Assembly: GCF_040938485.1 (NCBI RefSeq) | Contig: NW_027271914.1 | Coordinates: 496,001 to 560,000, forward strand | Direction: 5' to 3' | DNA from: Diadema antillarum | Lineage: Eukaryota | Length of the DNA: 64,000 nt | In this document: positions 61,844-64,000 of the stretch, piece after piece | Position numbering within the stretch: position 1 is the stretch's first letter | How the letters are laid out: the number at the start of each line of letters is the position of its first letter | Position numbers and translations under genes: made by a program | Notes under the pieces: generated by a model | What the model was told of the DNA's origin: nothing | The model's database searches: none | Seen by the model: only the letters and a program-made list of their open reading frames with translations

Positions 61844-63214
61844 CTTGACCTCTGTGCAGGGGGGGGGGGGGGAAACATGCCACAAGAGATGCACTTATCT
61901 AATTTATACAGTAACGCAACAGGACAGAAACATACACACATAGATTGGGACAGCAGCATAAATAGATTAGAAGTTAGGAAAAAAATTAAACTGGTGCCAA
62001 TTTCTCACTTTTTGTTGTCAGAATAATGATGTACACATACAGATAAGCTGAAGTTTGTCCTTTAGATAACATTGGTTAGGCATTTGCATGGATTGCAGTG
62101 ACAGTGTGAACCATCAAAAATTTTCAAAATTCATTCACTGTCAGTCATGTCAATAATCATATGATAATAATACTTGTCATCTCCGCACTGTCTGGCTGCA
62201 AGTGCAAGCACGCAATAATACAGGGCAATATAATGACTCGCTAAACCAAGGAGGTTGAAGAGATGGAGTAACAACAGAGTTATTCCCTTTGATCCCATGT
62301 TCGAAGCCGCCGCTCAAAAATATTTGAAGCACGTGCCAAACAGGATCTGCCCCGCAGATACGAAGACAATTGACTCGTGTCTCATTGCATAATCACCAGC
62401 CACTTTCAAAGCAAGATATGTCTTTGTGATGGTAATTACTTTCGCTATCCCTTCTTTAATATAAAAGGTAGGTGGCACATTTACTACAGACATGAGGATG
62501 CGCGAATAGAAATTGAGCAAAAAAAGCTGAAATGAAGATGAAAATTACTCGACTGGGCATACCCGGGCACTAATCTGATATATCTATCAATAAAGAATTA
62601 TACTTGAAGATTATTCCATATTAGTTTCATTTGTGGAAATTAAGCAGAAAAGTGATAAAGCCAGCTTTCCAGGATGGTACAGTTTTAAAAACTTTCACAT
62701 AATACAGTTCTGATTTACACTTTTGCGCAAATTTCTGAACGGAATTGACTTTTGTTTTACATGGTTTATAGATTAAGTGAAATTTCATTTCATTTCATAG
62801 ACAAATAAGCAAAATATGGCCAACATTATGATAATGTTCAAAATGAATCTTCAGATTGCTCAGCAAGACGGCGGCCTGGAACATCCATCATCAAAGCCAA
62901 AAGGCACAAGTGCACCTGTGCTGTGGAATTCTATTGTAGGGGCAAGCATGGTGTCACCGGACACCATGGTATTACCGGACACGCACATTTTTGCGTACTA
63001 ATGACATTCTGTACGCGCGAGACTTCGTAGATTAGCCTCACAGAACTTTGTGTGGACCGAAATCACAAAAAACGCCACATAAAAATGTAAAAACACGAAA
63101 AAATTAACATTTTACCTCAAATTTATAGTTGAGTGACCCACACCTCTTCATAGTTAATATTTATGCATGTTTGAATCATATTTCACGACTGAAATTCTAT
63201 GAAATCCCACTCAC

Positions 63215-63275
63215 ATACAGGAAAAATGCTGAAGATTCCAATACAATAGAACCAAAAGTTCACTGATCGATATCG
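63215..63275 (-). promoter_or_regulatory. Candidate RPS7 non-coding first exon and core promoter
   Basis: Minus strand reads CATTTTTCCTGTAT|GTGAGT (pyrimidine-rich start, strong donor at 63214). A DRE-like GATCGATA lies at 63265-63272, with YY1-like GCCATATTTT (about 62812-62821) and GCCGCCGTCTTG (about 62865-62876) in the downstream intron. It would splice to the acceptor at 61851. An alternative donor exists at 63497. Confidence 0.4.
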
Positions 63276-64000
63276 GAAATTTGTAGCTATCGTCCTCAAA
63301 CGCGAACGATGCGGAATAGTTGTGCGCTAAAGGGGCCCGCAACTCATCACCCGCGCGTGCAGCTCCCATAGACAAAGCACGTAAACTAGAAGTAGAGTCT
63401 AACCAGTTGTCGATTTTCTCACAAGGTTTTATTGCGCGAACTGTTCGAAATGTTCAAGACAGACATTTTACCATAAAATGCGAAATTTGAGCCTCACTTG
63501 CCGATGTTTTCTTTGTCATCCGCTCGGTGAGAATGTGTACGGTGATTTGTGGGATAAATTGTGATTCTGGTGCAAGGATTAGATGCGAAAGATGTCGATT
63601 ATTTCATTGCGAAAATCGTGTCCGGTAATACAATGCGATTTTGCACCGCGCAAAAAGACAACTTTTTGAGAGGGTTATGTTTGAAGCATATTTTTTAAGA
63701 ACTGGAGTGAACAATTGACATTAGTTGGCTGAATTCGTAATTTCCAGGAGTCTGTGAATAAGTGATGTTATTTTTAGCCGAAATTTCATCCTCTGAGTAT
63801 GGAATTCAAAGCCACGAAAAAAAGCGTCCGGTAATTGGATGTACCACCCTACATCAATAGAAATCTGACAACTGTTTGAATAATTACAGCCAGTTGGAAC
63901 TCCATGTATAAAACCTCCTTGGCTAAACGCTGCATGTTTACATGATCCTAAGACAAATTGCTAAGTGCCCTCCCATACTTTCGCGAAAGTAAACAACACA

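Noticed and set aside
62851-62893. Minus-strand UUGAUGA...CUGA C/D-like segment in RPS7 intron 1
   Set aside because: Only about 45 nt from box C to box D, with no terminal stem; too short.
56933-63500. U17/snR30 (SNORA73) snoRNAs, which sit in RPS7 introns in Xenopus and fish
   Set aside because: I searched for the m1 (AUAUUCCUA) and m2 (AAACCAU) pair. A lone m1 at about 57991-57999 lies inside a transposon without m2, and a lone m2 at about 62761-62767 lacks m1. A cmsearch with the SNORA73 model would be decisive.
1-64000. Prokaryotic-type systems (CRISPR arrays, operons, rRNA genes)
   Set aside because: The window is eukaryotic. The regular arrays (e.g. 18347-18629) are TE minisatellites without unique spacers, and no rRNA or intact tRNA gene was seen.

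Overview
AT-rich, intron-rich animal genomic DNA, dense in MITEs and microsatellites. The repeat families, high-GC3 exons and intron positions suggest a marine invertebrate deuterostome, probably a sea urchin or other echinoderm (inference only). Four protein-coding genes were reconstructed by hand with GT-AG junctions and matching phases. (1) Ornithine decarboxylase, + strand, 8 exons at 3343-12514; the 5' exons, including catalytic Lys69, are not found in the window. (2) A clan-2 cytochrome P450, - strand, 5 coding exons at 17665-23191, about 523 aa. (3) DEK, + strand, 11 exons at 31096-44095, 421 aa. (4) 40S ribosomal protein S7, - strand, 5 coding exons at 56855-61843, 196 aa. The main find is three paralogous box C/D snoRNAs, one in each of three consecutive ODC introns. 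They have canonical C, D' and D boxes, terminal stems with compensatory changes and near-invariant guides. Both guides appear to match adjacent segments near the 5' end of 28S rRNA (rRNA sequence recalled, not in the window), where I know of no vertebrate or yeast 2'-O-methylation. Other leads are a candidate alternative last exon and long 3'UTR for DEK, a candidate cassette/poison exon in ODC, an anomalous P450 acceptor with a possible distal TATA promoter, nested transposons, and ODC-DEK-RPS7 linkage mirroring the human 2p25/6p22 paralogon. Most ORFs in the supplied track are spurious.
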